NCBI GenBank assembly: GCA_965217185.1
Contig: OZ244252.1
Span: 928,001-992,000, forward strand
DNA: 64,000 bases
Direction of reading: 5' to 3'
Origin: an uncultured Candidatus Entotheonella sp.
Lineage (GTDB): Bacteria > Tectomicrobia > Entotheonellia > Entotheonellales > Entotheonellaceae
Numbering within the stretch: position 1 is the stretch's first letter; each line of letters opens with the position of its first letter. Shown in pieces: positions 40,321 to 51,133 of the stretch. The notes beneath the pieces were generated by a model that did not search any database, had not been told where the DNA came from, and worked only from the letters and a program-made list of their open reading frames with translations. The position numbers and the translations under genes were made by a program.

Positions 40321-42111
40321 ATGAAGCCCCTGTACGTCGCAGCACTCGTGAAGCAAATACCCAAGTTTGAAGTCATGGCGCTCGGGCCGGACGGTCGTTT
40401 GCAGCGCGACGGCGTCGAACTCTCCATGAATCCGTATTGCCAGCGCGCGCTCAGCAAGGGCATCGAGTTGGCGCAAGCGACGGGTGGGCAATGCACGGTG
40501 ATTTCCCTTGGGCCTCCGGCGGCGGAGGACGTGGTTCGCTGGGGTGTTGCCGCGGGCGCTGACCGCGGCATCCTGATTTCCGATCCGGCTTTTGCGGGGT
40601 CGGACACCCTGGCGACAGCCAGGGCGTTAGCCGAGGTGATCGAGCGTTGTGGACCCTTCGACTTGATCCTGGTTGGCAAAAACGCGGTTGATGCCGATAC
40701 CGGACAGGTGGGCCCTGAGTTGGCGGAATTGCTGGGCTTGCCGTTTGCCGCTGCCGTACGCAGCCTGGACCTTCGCCACGACCACACGCTGAGCATCGGG
40801 TGCGAGCACGACGATGCCTGGATCGAGGCCGAAGTGCCGCTTCCCGCCGTGATATCGACTGCCGAGCGTCTGTGCCGGCCGGCGAAGGTGGACGATCCGG
40901 ACAAGGCCGCGGTGCCGGCGGAGAAAATACGCACGATCAAGAGTGCCGATCTGGGTGACGGCCCCTGGGGGGTTGCCGGCAGTCCGACCTGGGTGGGTGA
41001 AACGAAGGTGTTGGAGGTCAAACGGGCGCGTCGCATCCTGAGCGGCGGGTTGGAGAGCCAGGTGGCGGAAGCGGTGGCCCTGCTTCAGGCTCGGCATGCT
41101 TTCGAGGACGTAAAAGCCGCGGCGGCCGCAACTGTGGGCGAGTCCGTGGTTAATCCTACCGCCACAATCGTCGTTCTCATTGAACCAGGCAATACTGGCA
41201 GTGCACGCGAGTTGCTTGGCGCCGCCGCGCAAATGGCACCGCAAATCGGCGCCCACGTCACCGGCGTTCTGGCCGGGCCAGCGACTGACACGACGCCGGA
41301 GGAATTCTATGCCTGGGGCGCCGATCATCTTTGCGTATTGGAGAATGCGCTCGTGGAGGAAGACGTCGCGCTTTTTGTGGCGTCGTGGTGCCGCACCCAC
41401 TCGCCCCGGTGCCTGTTTGCCCCGAGCACCTCGTGGGGACGAGAGGTAGCCTCGCGCGTCGCGGCCCGCACCGGCTCCGGCCTGACGGGGGACGCGATTG
41501 CGTTGGAATATGAAGATGAGCAGTTGGTGAGCTGGAAACCGGCTTTTGGCGGGCGGCTCGTGGCGGCAATCCGTTCGACGTCAGCCATTCAAATGGCTAC
41601 CGTGCGTCCCGGGGTGTTGCTCCGTCCAACACCGCGCGAACCGCGTATGCCGTCCATGGAGCGGCTTCGCGTCGAGGCGGCTTCGCGGGTCCGGATCACC
41701 TCACGTCACCGGAACGACCAATTGGACGCTTTGGCCATGGCGTCGTGCGTCGTGGGCGTTGGTATGGGAATCCCGCCGGAGCGCTACCCGGAGCTTGATC
41801 CCATGCTGGCTGTCCTGGGGGCCGAGCTTGCCACGACGAGGAAGGTGACGGATAAGGGCTGGTTGCCGCACGCACGTCAGGTCGGGATTACCGGCCGCAG
41901 CATTGCGCCCAATCTGTATATCGGCATGGCCGTGAGCGGCAATTTCAATCACACCTGCGGCATTCAGGGCGCCGGCACGGTGATGGCGATCAATTCCGAC
42001 CCACAGGCGGCCATTTTCGAGCATGCCGATATCGGCATCGTGGCCGACTGGGCCGATTCCGTGCCGCTGCTGGTGAAGGCTTTCGGCGACCTGCTGCCTA
42101 ACGCCCGGTGA
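40321..42111 (+). CDS. Fused electron transfer flavoprotein beta-alpha
   Basis: KQIP, GSDTLATA, DADTGQVG (beta); RQVGITG...P.LYI..AVSG...H..G, AINSDP.A.IF (alpha). Confidence 0.92.
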   Translation: MKPLYVAALVKQIPKFEVMALGPDGRLQRDGVELSMNPYCQRALSKGIELAQATGGQCTVISLGPPAAEDVVRWGVAAGADRGILISDPAFAGSDTLATARALAEVIERCGPFDLILVGKNAVDADTGQVGPELAELLGLPFAAAVRSLDLRHDHTLSIGCEHDDAWIEAEVPLPAVISTAERLCRPAKVDDPDKAAVPAEKIRTIKSADLGDGPWGVAGSPTWVGETKVLEVKRARRILSGGLESQVAEAVALLQARHAFEDVKAAAAATVGESVVNPTATIVVLIEPGNTGSARELLGAAAQMAPQIGAHVTGVLAGPATDTTPEEFYAWGADHLCVLENALVEEDVALFVASWCRTHSPRCLFAPSTSWGREVASRVAARTGSGLTGDAIALEYEDEQLVSWKPAFGGRLVAAIRSTSAIQMATVRPGVLLRPTPREPRMPSMERLRVEAASRVRITSRHRNDQLDALAMASCVVGVGMGIPPERYPELDPMLAVLGAELATTRKVTDKGWLPHARQVGITGRSIAPNLYIGMAVSGNFNHTCGIQGAGTVMAINSDPQAAIFEHADIGIVADWADSVPLLVKAFGDLLPNAR

Positions 42112-42898
42112 ACACCGGCGGGCGTTTCTCCCGCCAGGCCCGCGGGCCTTCCTGGGAGTCTTCCGTACTACGGCAGATCAGCATCGCCCACTCCAGATAA
42201 TCCAGGGTGGAATCGAGGTCGGAATGCAGACCCTTGCGCACCGCGCGCTTGATGAGCTGCGTTGCGATGGGCGGCTTGCGTGCGAATTTTTCGGCATACG
42301 CATGGGCGAATTGCGCGAATTCCTCATGCGGCACGACGTGATTGACGTAGCCCATCTGCAGGGCTTCGTGGGCGTCGAAGGGCTCGCCGCCCCAGATCAA
42401 CTCGTATGCTTTGGCGAGGCCGACGATACGGGGCAGGAAGTAGGCGCCGCCATCCCCGGTCACCAATCCCATGTTGATGTAGCTCATCACGAACTTGGCT
42501 TTGTCGGACGCAATACGAATGTCCGCCATGCTGGCCATGTCCATGCCGGCACCGGCGGCCGGTCCATTGACGGCGGCGATATAAGGCTTGTCGAGTTGCG
42601 AGACCGCGCGCGGCACCCGGTGCACGCCGTGGCGCATGTGATTGCGCTGCTCGTGCAGGGGCGGCGGTGTTGCGTCGGGGCTGTAGACGAAGCCCTTGAC
42701 GTTGCCGCCGGAACAGAAACCGCGGCCCGCGCCAGTGACCATGATGACCCATACCTCGTCATCGGCCTGGGCACGTAGCAAGGCGTCCGTCCACTCCGTT
42801 AGCATCAGATCGCTGAACGCATTCAACGATTCGGGGCGATTCAGCGTGATGGTGGCTACACGATTTTCTACTGTGTAGATGATTTCTTCGTAATTCAT
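42098..42898 (-). CDS. Enoyl-CoA hydratase/isomerase family protein
   Basis: TLNRPE.LNA, FCSGG, KPYIAAVNG.AAGAG. Confidence 0.93.
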   Translation of the reverse strand: MNYEEIIYTVENRVATITLNRPESLNAFSDLMLTEWTDALLRAQADDEVWVIMVTGAGRGFCSGGNVKGFVYSPDATPPPLHEQRNHMRHGVHRVPRAVSQLDKPYIAAVNGPAAGAGMDMASMADIRIASDKAKFVMSYINMGLVTGDGGAYFLPRIVGLAKAYELIWGGEPFDAHEALQMGYVNHVVPHEEFAQFAHAYAEKFARKPPIATQLIKRAVRKGLHSDLDSTLDYLEWAMLICRSTEDSQEGPRAWREKRPPVFTGR

Positions 42899-42945
42899 CC
42901 AACCCTCCCCTTCCCTTACATCAGACAAACAGCGTGTTGAAGCCC

Positions 42946-44037
42946 TCAGGCTTGTCGGAATACCTCGATGGAGGCCGCCGGGGTGCCGTTGCGCAACGCC
43001 AAGGGCCGGGTGACGGCGCGAGTTTCGCCAAACGTGGGGATAAAGCAGGAATGCTTGCCCGCCCCGCCGGCCACGAGCACGATGAGGTCCTGCGCCGAAG
43101 ACGCCACCGGTACGCGGGTTTGCGAGGAAGATTCCGTAGCGGCATCCCCTAGGAAATGAGCGGCGTTCTCCGGGCTGAATCGTCCAACATCGATGCGGGC
43201 ACGTTCATAGAGCCAGGTTTTGACGTCCTGCTTCGTCAGGCCATCGGCCGCCACCGTGGCGGCGTGCTCAGGACCGAAGACGACAACCGGCTGACCGCCT
43301 TCGGTGGCGTTGTTGCAACCGACGACGGCCATGGTCTCGGCGACCGTTGTCAGGATGCTTTCCGCCCGGATGCTACCGTGGTCATTGATATTGTGCGGCG
43401 CCTCGGCCCCAACGACGGTTACCGTGCTGACGTCGGCGGGGTAGCCGCATTCCACGTGCCACGGTTCCCATGGGCTGTCGCCCTCATTCTCGGCAAAACA
43501 GTAGGTGTACTTGGCCGGGGTACCCAGGGTGGCGCGGTCGAGTTCACCCGGCTGGGCGCCGGCCACGTTGGTCATCACCAGCCGTACGGCCCGCCCGATG
43601 GTGGCGTTGCTGCGCCAGCCCTGCCCCATGGCGTTGTAGCCGGCATTGATATCCAACTCGCGGCGAATGGGGCCGTTTACAAACACCATCGGTGTGCAGG
43701 GATGCGTGGTTGCCAAGACGCCGTACAGATTGAACGCGTCGTCGGCGAGGGCCTGTATGGCGGCGATGACAACGGGCAGATACCGGGGCAGGCAACCTGC
43801 CATGACGGCGTTGATGGCGATCTTTTCCACGGTGGCCTGTCCCTTGCGGGGCGGCAAGGCGGCAATGACCTCGTGCGGCGGCAAATCCGTGTAGGCCAGC
43901 ATGTTCTGCACGGCTTGCGGCGTCGGCGGGATGATGGGGAGACCGTCGGTCAGGCCGTGGGCATGGAAATACGCCTGCACCTCCTCAAGCGCGTCGGGCA
44001 AGCGTATCGTCTCTGATTGCAGGGGCAAGGCTACCAT
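42946..44037 (-). CDS. Uncharacterised protein of the type that accompanies UGSC-family proteins
   Basis: TDGLPIIPPT, KIAINAVMAGC, NATIGRA, ENE..SPW; immediately downstream of the UGSC gene. Confidence 0.75.
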   Translation of the reverse strand: MVALPLQSETIRLPDALEEVQAYFHAHGLTDGLPIIPPTPQAVQNMLAYTDLPPHEVIAALPPRKGQATVEKIAINAVMAGCLPRYLPVVIAAIQALADDAFNLYGVLATTHPCTPMVFVNGPIRRELDINAGYNAMGQGWRSNATIGRAVRLVMTNVAGAQPGELDRATLGTPAKYTYCFAENEGDSPWEPWHVECGYPADVSTVTVVGAEAPHNINDHGSIRAESILTTVAETMAVVGCNNATEGGQPVVVFGPEHAATVAADGLTKQDVKTWLYERARIDVGRFSPENAAHFLGDAATESSSQTRVPVASSAQDLIVLVAGGAGKHSCFIPTFGETRAVTRPLALRNGTPAASIEVFRQA

Positions 44038-44085
44038 GCGGGTTATGCCTCAGGCTTGGGTTTGGGGTTTAAGGGGCCGCGGGGC

Positions 44086-44637
44086 CTACACGCTTGCCAA
44101 CTGCTGTTCCGAGGTCGTGCACAACTGCTCAACGGTGTTCAACACGCTGGCGGCCCGTTTGCCTACCTCCTCGGCTGCCAAGCCGCCGAGCGGGTGTTGG
44201 ATAACGGCAAGCGGCAAGGCGGGCATGCCGAGCGCCTCAGCCTCGGCTCGCCCCAGGGCAACGAACTCGGAGGAGCAAATCGTCACCGTCGGCACTCCGC
44301 GCTTTTCCAACTCAATGGCGTCGTGGACACTCCACGACGTGCAGGAGCCTCAATCCCCGACTGCGTTCAGAACGATGTGACATTTCTCCAGGTCGGCCAT
44401 GACGTCATCGGAGGACGGGGAGCTGATCCGCTTGTGGCGATAGATCACCTCGCTGAAGTGAAACCGTTCCGCCAATTCGCTCTGAATCGCCTGCAACAGC
44501 AAATCGCCATTTGGCTTGCTGTTGCTCAGAATGCCGAGAGTCGCCCCCTGCAGGCTTGTTGGCCGCCGGGCCAGATCATACGCCCCCTGCTGGGGTACGC
44601 CGCGTGGGTCCAGCACATCGATGTATCGCTCGGTCAT
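44086..44637 (-). CDS. UGSC-family selenoprotein (183 aa, Sec96)
   Basis: In-frame TGA 44350-44352 gives [26 protein letters not shown]; N-terminal NSKPN motif. Confidence 0.85.
44319..44339 (-). promoter_or_regulatory. Putative bacterial SECIS
   Basis: Perfect stem CGTCGTGGA-GTG-TCCACGACG starting 10 nt after the UGA. Confidence 0.7.
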
Positions 44638-44697
44638 CGTGGTCTCCTCAATAAGGAATCGTTACTACCCGGGGTGTGAGCCGCTTTCACGGAACGC

Positions 44698-45651
44698 TTA
44701 ACGCCACAGACCGCCGCTTTCGACCAGCATCTGTTGTACTGCCGTATACGGATCCACCGCGCCCTCTTCCACCTGCTCAAGCAGCCCCGAATGGGCTTCG
44801 CCATTTTCGAATTGAGCCGTCAATGCCGCCATCAATTGTTGCTGAAGCAAATCGAGCAGTTCCTGTCGCCGGTTCTGCCGGCGTCGCACCGTCAGTTGAC
44901 CGGTCTCCGACAACTTGCGGCGATGGGTCGTGATCGCCTCGTAGAGTTCGGTAATGCCGATGTCTTGGTGGGCTTGGGTGTTGAGAACGGGTGGGCACCA
45001 CCCATCGGAGGTATGGCGGACATGCAGCATCATTTGCAAGTCGCGCTGCAGGCGTTCGGCACCATCGCGGTCGGCTTTGTTGATCACGAACAGGTCGGCG
45101 ATTTCCATGATACCGGCCTTGATGGTCTGGATGGCATCGCCGCTTTCGGGCACCAGGATCAGGATCGTCGTATCGGCGGTGGCCACGATATCGAGTTCAG
45201 TCTGGCCAACGCCAACCGTCTCAACAATGATCAAGTCCTTGCCGAACGCATCGAGAAGCTTGATGACCCCTTTGGCGGCACGGGACAAGCCGCCATGGTG
45301 ACCGCGGGACGCCATGCTGCGGATGAAAACCCCCGCGTCGAGGTAATGTTGCTGCATGCGGATGCGGTCGCCCAGAATGGCGCCGCCGGAGAAGGGGCTT
45401 GTGGGATCAACGGCGATAATCCCGACGGTTTCGCCTTGTTGGCGGGCATGTTCTATCAGTCGGTCGGTGATGGTGCTCTTACCCGCACCTGGCGGCCCGG
45501 TGATGCCGACACAATACGCGTGCCCAAGCAAGGGCGTAACATGCTGCATGATTTCCGGGACTTCGGTGCTTTGTCTTTCCACCGCTGATACGAGCCGTGC
45601 CAGTGCCCGTTGGTCACCGGTGAGCATTTTTTCCACCAGTTCCACAGACAT
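44698..45651 (-). CDS. meaB: Methylmalonyl-CoA mutase-associated GTPase
   Basis: GPPGAGKST, VDPTSP, ILGDRIRM, ETVGVGQ, NKAD. Confidence 0.95.
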   Translation of the reverse strand: MSVELVEKMLTGDQRALARLVSAVERQSTEVPEIMQHVTPLLGHAYCVGITGPPGAGKSTITDRLIEHARQQGETVGIIAVDPTSPFSGGAILGDRIRMQQHYLDAGVFIRSMASRGHHGGLSRAAKGVIKLLDAFGKDLIIVETVGVGQTELDIVATADTTILILVPESGDAIQTIKAGIMEIADLFVINKADRDGAERLQRDLQMMLHVRHTSDGWCPPVLNTQAHQDIGITELYEAITTHRRKLSETGQLTVRRRQNRRQELLDLLQQQLMAALTAQFENGEAHSGLLEQVEEGAVDPYTAVQQMLVESGGLWR

Positions 45652-45691
45652 GCCCGTACCTCAGACCGGTTTGCTCTCCTGCAAAGCAGCG

Positions 45692-46099
45692 CTATGACCG
45701 CTGCGGCGCATGCTCCCGAATGTAGTCGACAATATCGGCGATGGATGAGCCGGGACCAAATAAGGCCTGTACGCCGCTGGCTTGCAGACCTGGGATGTCA
45801 TGTTCCGGAATCGTGCCACCGCCAACCACCAGGACATCCTCGGCGCCCTGCTCCTTGAGTAATTCCACCACGCGGGGGAAGAGGACATTATGCGCCCCCG
45901 ACAAGCAACTTAGCCCTACGACATCCACGTCCTCCTGGATGGCTGCCGCGGCGATCTGCTCCGGCTGTTGCCGCAGACCTGTATAGATGACTTCAATCCC
46001 CGCATCGCGCAGGGCGAGCGCAAGAACCTTGGCGCCGCGGTCGTGGCCATCCAGACCGGGCTTGGCGATCAGGACGCGGATCCTCTGAACTGTTGTCAT
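45692..46099 (-). CDS. Stand-alone cobalamin-binding subunit of an acyl-CoA mutase
   Basis: [24 protein letters not shown]. Confidence 0.95.
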   Translation of the reverse strand: MTTVQRIRVLIAKPGLDGHDRGAKVLALALRDAGIEVIYTGLRQQPEQIAAAAIQEDVDVVGLSCLSGAHNVLFPRVVELLKEQGAEDVLVVGGGTIPEHDIPGLQASGVQALFGPGSSIADIVDYIREHAPQRS

Positions 46100-46338
46100 G
46101 CCGTTTTTGCTCTCCCTAATGGCGCCTTGGCTACGGATGCCGGGCGCACAGCGGCGGCGATTCTAGCAACGGGCTTTCCGGGGGTCAAGAAACGCCGCCG
46201 TCGCAGCGTGTCCGAAAGCCTTGATCGCAGGGCAGATGCGGTTTATACAACTCAACGGGCTGCTGGGTCGTCAAAAGGAGTTGCCGGCCCGATATGCCAT
46301 GGCTCCGAATCCACTCAGACAACTGGAGAAACACCACC

Positions 46339-47490
46339 ATGTACGTCACCGCTGTGCAGCCCTTCCTGGTTGATCCCGGCACCGGAAAGAATTGGTTATT
46401 CGTGAAGGTGAGCACCGATGCGGGCATTAGCGGCTGGGGAGAATGCTATACCCAGTCGGACCGTGATCAGAGCATCGTGGCACACGTGCAGCAACTTGGA
46501 CGCTACCTGCTCGGACGCAACGCCATGAACATCAAGCACTTTACCCACATGGCCTACCACGACTTCGCCGGCAAGCGCGGCGCGATGGATTTCTACAGCG
46601 CACTCAGCGGCCTGGAGCAGGCATTGTGGGACATCGTTGGCAAGCACTTCGGAACCCCGGTATACAACCTGCTGGGCGGCGCTTGCCGGGAGAAAATTCG
46701 CGTCTATGCCAACGGCTGGTCAGGGGGCGCCGGGACGCCGGAGGAATACGCCGAGCGCGCACTGCAAATCGTTGCGCGCGGATTCACGGCTCTCAAGTTC
46801 GATCCGTTTCCCGGACCGTGGCGTACCCATATTTCGCGGCAGTCGGAAGAACAGGCGGTGGAAACGGTGCGCGTGGTTCGGGAAGCGGTTGGGCCTGACA
46901 TTGAGCTGCTGATCGAAGTCCACCGCCGGCTCGCACCCATGCATGCCGTTCGGGTGGCTCAGGCCATCGAGCCGTATCGGCCGTTCTGGTATGAGGAGCC
47001 GGTATCGGCACGCAACGTGGACGCACTGGCAGCGTGCCGTCGGGATATTCGTCTGCCCGTCGTAACGGGTGAGGAACTCTATACCAAGGCAGAGTTTCGT
47101 GAGGTGTTTGAGAAGCAGGCGGCTGACATCATCAATCCCGACATTTGTAACTGCGGCGGGCTGCTTGAACTGAAAGAGATCGCAGCGATGGCCGAGCCCT
47201 ATTTCGTTACCGTTTCGCCGCACAATTACAACAGCACCACGGTCGGGTTGGCGGCGACGCTGCAACTAGCGGCCTGCATTCCGAATTTTCTGATCACCGA
47301 ATATTTTGTGAACTTTGAAGAGCGCGGAGCCGAGATCACGGTCGAACCCTTGCGGGTTGACGGCGGGTACATTGCGTTGCCTCAAGGGCCTGGGTTGGGC
47401 GTCGAATTGCAGCAGGATGTCTTGGAGCGGCATCCCTATCGGGAATTCTCATTGCGCAGGCTGCCGACGTACCGTGATGAGGTGCTATAG
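46339..47490 (+). CDS. Mandelate racemase/enolase-superfamily dehydratase (galactonate dehydratase-like)
   Basis: GWGE, ALWDI.GK, KFDP, EEP, TGE, HN. Confidence 0.9.
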   Translation: MYVTAVQPFLVDPGTGKNWLFVKVSTDAGISGWGECYTQSDRDQSIVAHVQQLGRYLLGRNAMNIKHFTHMAYHDFAGKRGAMDFYSALSGLEQALWDIVGKHFGTPVYNLLGGACREKIRVYANGWSGGAGTPEEYAERALQIVARGFTALKFDPFPGPWRTHISRQSEEQAVETVRVVREAVGPDIELLIEVHRRLAPMHAVRVAQAIEPYRPFWYEEPVSARNVDALAACRRDIRLPVVTGEELYTKAEFREVFEKQAADIINPDICNCGGLLELKEIAAMAEPYFVTVSPHNYNSTTVGLAATLQLAACIPNFLITEYFVNFEERGAEITVEPLRVDGGYIALPQGPGLGVELQQDVLERHPYREFSLRRLPTYRDEVL

Positions 47491-47530
47491 GCGTACCGCT
47501 TCGAGCCGCAGAAGGCACTCTCCCCTGCCC

Positions 47531-48601
47531 TTATACTTCATCAAATAGGTGCGGTGTGACGAACTGAATGTGCTCTTCATGCGTGTCGGGATCGAGGAGC
47601 CAAGCGGCGGCGGCAATGCTGCTGAGGAGGGAATTGCCGTCCTGCGGCGTGAAGCAAAAGCCGGTGATTTCATGGCCGTCCCTGACGATCAGGGTCGGCA
47701 CCGAGATCACCGTTTGGTTAAGCAAGCGCCCAAAATAACCGTGGTCGCGCCCGAACGAAAAGACGGTATTGGCCATCGTTTTTTCAGTCAAGGCGATGTA
47801 CTTGTTAGCCTCGAATTTCTCAATCACCTCATCCAGCGTTACGGGATATTTGACCCGCAGGTTAAACCAGATGCTGTGCATGTACTGGGTGTTGAGTTTG
47901 ATGGCCGAAGAAAACAGATTCAGGTCCAGTCCCAAGGTGCGGAACAGGTGCCAAGCGTCGCTGGCATGATGGGTGCCGAATTTGTCGTCTTTGTGGGTGC
48001 CCACCTGCGGCGCGGCGATGAAACCCTTTTCCTGGCTGATGTCGCTGGACCGCCGCAAGCAAACGAAACGCCCTTCAACCAAATTGTCCGGGGATTCATC
48101 ATGCAAGGCGACGGTGTCAACGAGAACCGCGAGGTTGTGGGTGTTGCAACTGACAACTTGGATGAAGCGGTCTTCATAAGGCACAAGCGCGTCGTCGTTA
48201 ATACCGCGCGCATACATTTTGCCAAAACCAAATTCACTCCCTTGGGCGATGAAGCCGCGTGCCGATGACAACTCCTGATACCACTGTTCCTTGTGCTGAT
48301 TGGCCATGCCCTCAGGCGTGCAGTCGATAACCACAGACGCCTGGTTCAGCGCTTCCTCAATATCGTAGGTGGGCTGCATGCCCAGCTTCTCGAACTCGGG
48401 GCGTTTTTCGTCAGAAACAACAAGCTGCGCGCCGCGTCGGATCAGATTCTTGACTTTTGCACGGTCGTCAAGCAGGGCCCGGTTCTTGTGAAAGGTGACT
48501 TCATCGACTTCCAGATGACTCCGCAGATCTAGCAGAAGGCCGATCAGCGGCTCCCCGATCGTTCCCGTGCCGACGATGTGAATAACGCGTTTGTTTTGCA
48601 T
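47531..48601 (-). CDS. Type II (archaeal-like) GAPDH homologue
   Basis: VGTGTIG, VIDCTP.G, QG.E, VVSCNTH catalytic Cys, HHA.D. Confidence 0.7.
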   Translation of the reverse strand: MQNKRVIHIVGTGTIGEPLIGLLLDLRSHLEVDEVTFHKNRALLDDRAKVKNLIRRGAQLVVSDEKRPEFEKLGMQPTYDIEEALNQASVVIDCTPEGMANQHKEQWYQELSSARGFIAQGSEFGFGKMYARGINDDALVPYEDRFIQVVSCNTHNLAVLVDTVALHDESPDNLVEGRFVCLRRSSDISQEKGFIAAPQVGTHKDDKFGTHHASDAWHLFRTLGLDLNLFSSAIKLNTQYMHSIWFNLRVKYPVTLDEVIEKFEANKYIALTEKTMANTVFSFGRDHGYFGRLLNQTVISVPTLIVRDGHEITGFCFTPQDGNSLLSSIAAAAWLLDPDTHEEHIQFVTPHLFDEV

Positions 48602-48943
48602 TCCTGATTTACCTCCGAACGATAGGCAAGGGGCAGATTTTCCACGTTGTCCGCTCTCGCCTAGGCCGTAGGCGCCATGCTACTGATGGGCAAGCCTACA
48701 AGCCGAGAATAGGCCAATTCATAAGCGCAAAAGTATGTCAAAGAACCTGTTGACATGCAATGTATATTTCCTGCTATGAGATGGGTGTCGCATGATACAT
48801 AAGGGATGCCTTTCGCATAGTGTACACTTCCAACAAGACCCGAAAAAAGACAACCGAACAAGGTCTTGGCAACGTACCAAGGCGTGCCAGGACCTGCATG
48901 CTATTGAAGACCCGTCACGTGGCGGGTCGCACGGAGGTTGCAG

Positions 48944-50818
48944 ATGAACAGCAAGCCCAACGGTCAATTTCAGAGCGGTGCCGGACCCGGCAGCCGCTTT
49001 TCGCTCTGGTACGTCTTGGCAGCTATCGGATTGATGCTGATGGCGCAGAACGCACTTTTTTCACGGCCGTTTGAGCAGGTATCGTACAGTGACTTCAAGG
49101 CCGATTTGCGAGCGGGGCGTATCGCCGAGGTGCGGATCGGCACCCAGGTCATTCGCGGGACGCTACACATGCCAGACGATACTTCAGAGATGACGCCGCC
49201 GCTGCGTTTTATGACCGCGCGGGTTGAAGACCCTGATCTCGTCAAGGAATTGGAAGCGTACGAGGTGAAATACACCGGTCAGAACGATAACAACCTGCTG
49301 AAAACCATTTTGTCATGGGTCCTGCCATTGGGATTGTTGTTTTTACTCTGGAGCTTCCTGGCCCGTCGGCTAGGCCCCGGTCAGGGTGTGATGAATTTCG
49401 GGAAAAGCCGGGCGCGAATTTACGCCGAACGCGAGACCGGTAGTACGTTTTCGGATGTTGCCGGGGCCGATGAGGCAAAAGAGGAACTGCATGAAATTAT
49501 CGATTTCCTGCGTAATCCGCAGAAGTATGTCAACCTTGGCGGGCGTATCCCCAAGGGGGTTTTGTTGGTAGGCCCGCCGGGAACGGGAAAAACCCTGCTG
49601 TCGAGAGCTGTCGCTGGCGAGGCCTCCGTGCCATTTTTCAGCCTTAGCGGTTCGGACTTTGTGGAAATGTTCGTCGGCGTCGGTGCAGCGCGGGTACGTG
49701 ACCTGTTTAAGCAGGCGCAGGAGAAAGCGCCGTGCATTGTTTTCATTGACGAACTGGACGCCGTTGGCAAAGCGCGCGGCATCAACCCCATGCAGCAGAA
49801 CGACGAGCGCGAGCAGACACTGAACCAACTGCTGGGCGAGATGGATGGTTTTGACCCCCGAAAGGGCGTCATCATTCTGGGCGCCACCAATCGACCGGAG
49901 ATTCTTGACCCTGCCCTGCTGCGTGCCGGTCGTTTCGACCGCCAAGTGGCAGTTGGGCGCCCAGATTTACAGGGCCGTCTTGACATCCTGCGCCTGCACG
50001 GACAGGAGGTGCGGTTAGCCGCTGACGTTGATCTTCAGGTGATTGCCGCTCGGACGCCGGGGATGGTTGGTTCCGACTTGGCCAGTGTGATCAATGAGGC
50101 CGCTCTTCTCGCTGCGCGTTACAACAGGGACGCGGTGACAATGGACGAACTTGACAAGGCGATTGACCGCATCATGGCCGGGCCGGAGAAGAAAAGCCGC
50201 ATCATGGCCCCGGCTGAGAAACAGCGGGTCGCCTACCATGAATCGGGCCACGCATTGGTGGCCGAGGCGATCCCGAGCGCCGACCCGGTACGCAAAGTAA
50301 CCATCATTCCTCATGGCGTTGCTGCTTTGGGGTATACTCAGCAACTACCAACGCAGGATCGTTACCTGTACACCAAGGATGAACTCCTGGACCGTATCAC
50401 CGTGATGCTCGGCGGGCGGGCCGCTGAAGAGGTCGTGTTCAGTGACACGTCCACCGGTGCACAGGACGACCTGCAGCGTGCCAGCGAGATGGCTCGGCGA
50501 ATGGTTGCGGAGTTCGGCATGAGCGAACACCTAGGGCCGTATACGGTGGAACGTGGAAGGCAACCCATGTTTCTGGACACTGGTCAACAGACTCCCAAAT
50601 CGTGCAGTGAAGCGACAGCGCGCCGTATCGACAATGAGGCGCGAGAGATGGTGGAGCGCATGTATGACCGGGCTAGGCGGCTTCTCGAAACGCACCGAAG
50701 CAAGCTCGAAACGCTGGCGCAATACCTTCTGAAGCACGAAGTGATCGATCAAGCTACGCTGGCGGTACTTTTGGGTGACCTGCGACCACGTGTGCGGCCC
50801 GAATTGGCGAATCTGTAA
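48944..50818 (+). CDS. ftsH: ATP-dependent zinc metalloprotease FtsH
   Basis: Two TM helices, [27 protein letters not shown]. Confidence 0.97.
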   Translation: MNSKPNGQFQSGAGPGSRFSLWYVLAAIGLMLMAQNALFSRPFEQVSYSDFKADLRAGRIAEVRIGTQVIRGTLHMPDDTSEMTPPLRFMTARVEDPDLVKELEAYEVKYTGQNDNNLLKTILSWVLPLGLLFLLWSFLARRLGPGQGVMNFGKSRARIYAERETGSTFSDVAGADEAKEELHEIIDFLRNPQKYVNLGGRIPKGVLLVGPPGTGKTLLSRAVAGEASVPFFSLSGSDFVEMFVGVGAARVRDLFKQAQEKAPCIVFIDELDAVGKARGINPMQQNDEREQTLNQLLGEMDGFDPRKGVIILGATNRPEILDPALLRAGRFDRQVAVGRPDLQGRLDILRLHGQEVRLAADVDLQVIAARTPGMVGSDLASVINEAALLAARYNRDAVTMDELDKAIDRIMAGPEKKSRIMAPAEKQRVAYHESGHALVAEAIPSADPVRKVTIIPHGVAALGYTQQLPTQDRYLYTKDELLDRITVMLGGRAAEEVVFSDTSTGAQDDLQRASEMARRMVAEFGMSEHLGPYTVERGRQPMFLDTGQQTPKSCSEATARRIDNEAREMVERMYDRARRLLETHRSKLETLAQYLLKHEVIDQATLAVLLGDLRPRVRPELANL

Positions 50819-50930
50819 GGCGTTGCAGGTCTCCTGTAGCGCCCCCTGGCGTGACTCCAACTGCCGAATAAATCAAAGGGTTTGGTAGCGCTTTGACCGT
50901 CTGTTTTGTAAGTCGTATCTGACCCGTTCC

Positions 50931-50960
50931 TTGACACTCCCAAATTCCAGGACGTATAGT
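50931..50960 (+). promoter_or_regulatory. Sigma-70 promoter upstream of rpsU
   Basis: TTGACA-N18-TATAGT. Confidence 0.65.
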
Positions 50961-51133
50961 TGCAGCCTACGCGCAACATTTCCTTTTTGTTTTGGCTGTC
51001 ACCCGCGGTTGGTGGCCGTGGCCATAGGGCAAGGGTTTAGCTGCTTTGCTCAGCCAGAATGGGCACAGTTCTGCTGTTTTTGCCTTTGCTTAAAGTTGTT
51101 GTCTTGCTTTTGCTCAAAGAAGGATTCAATCGT

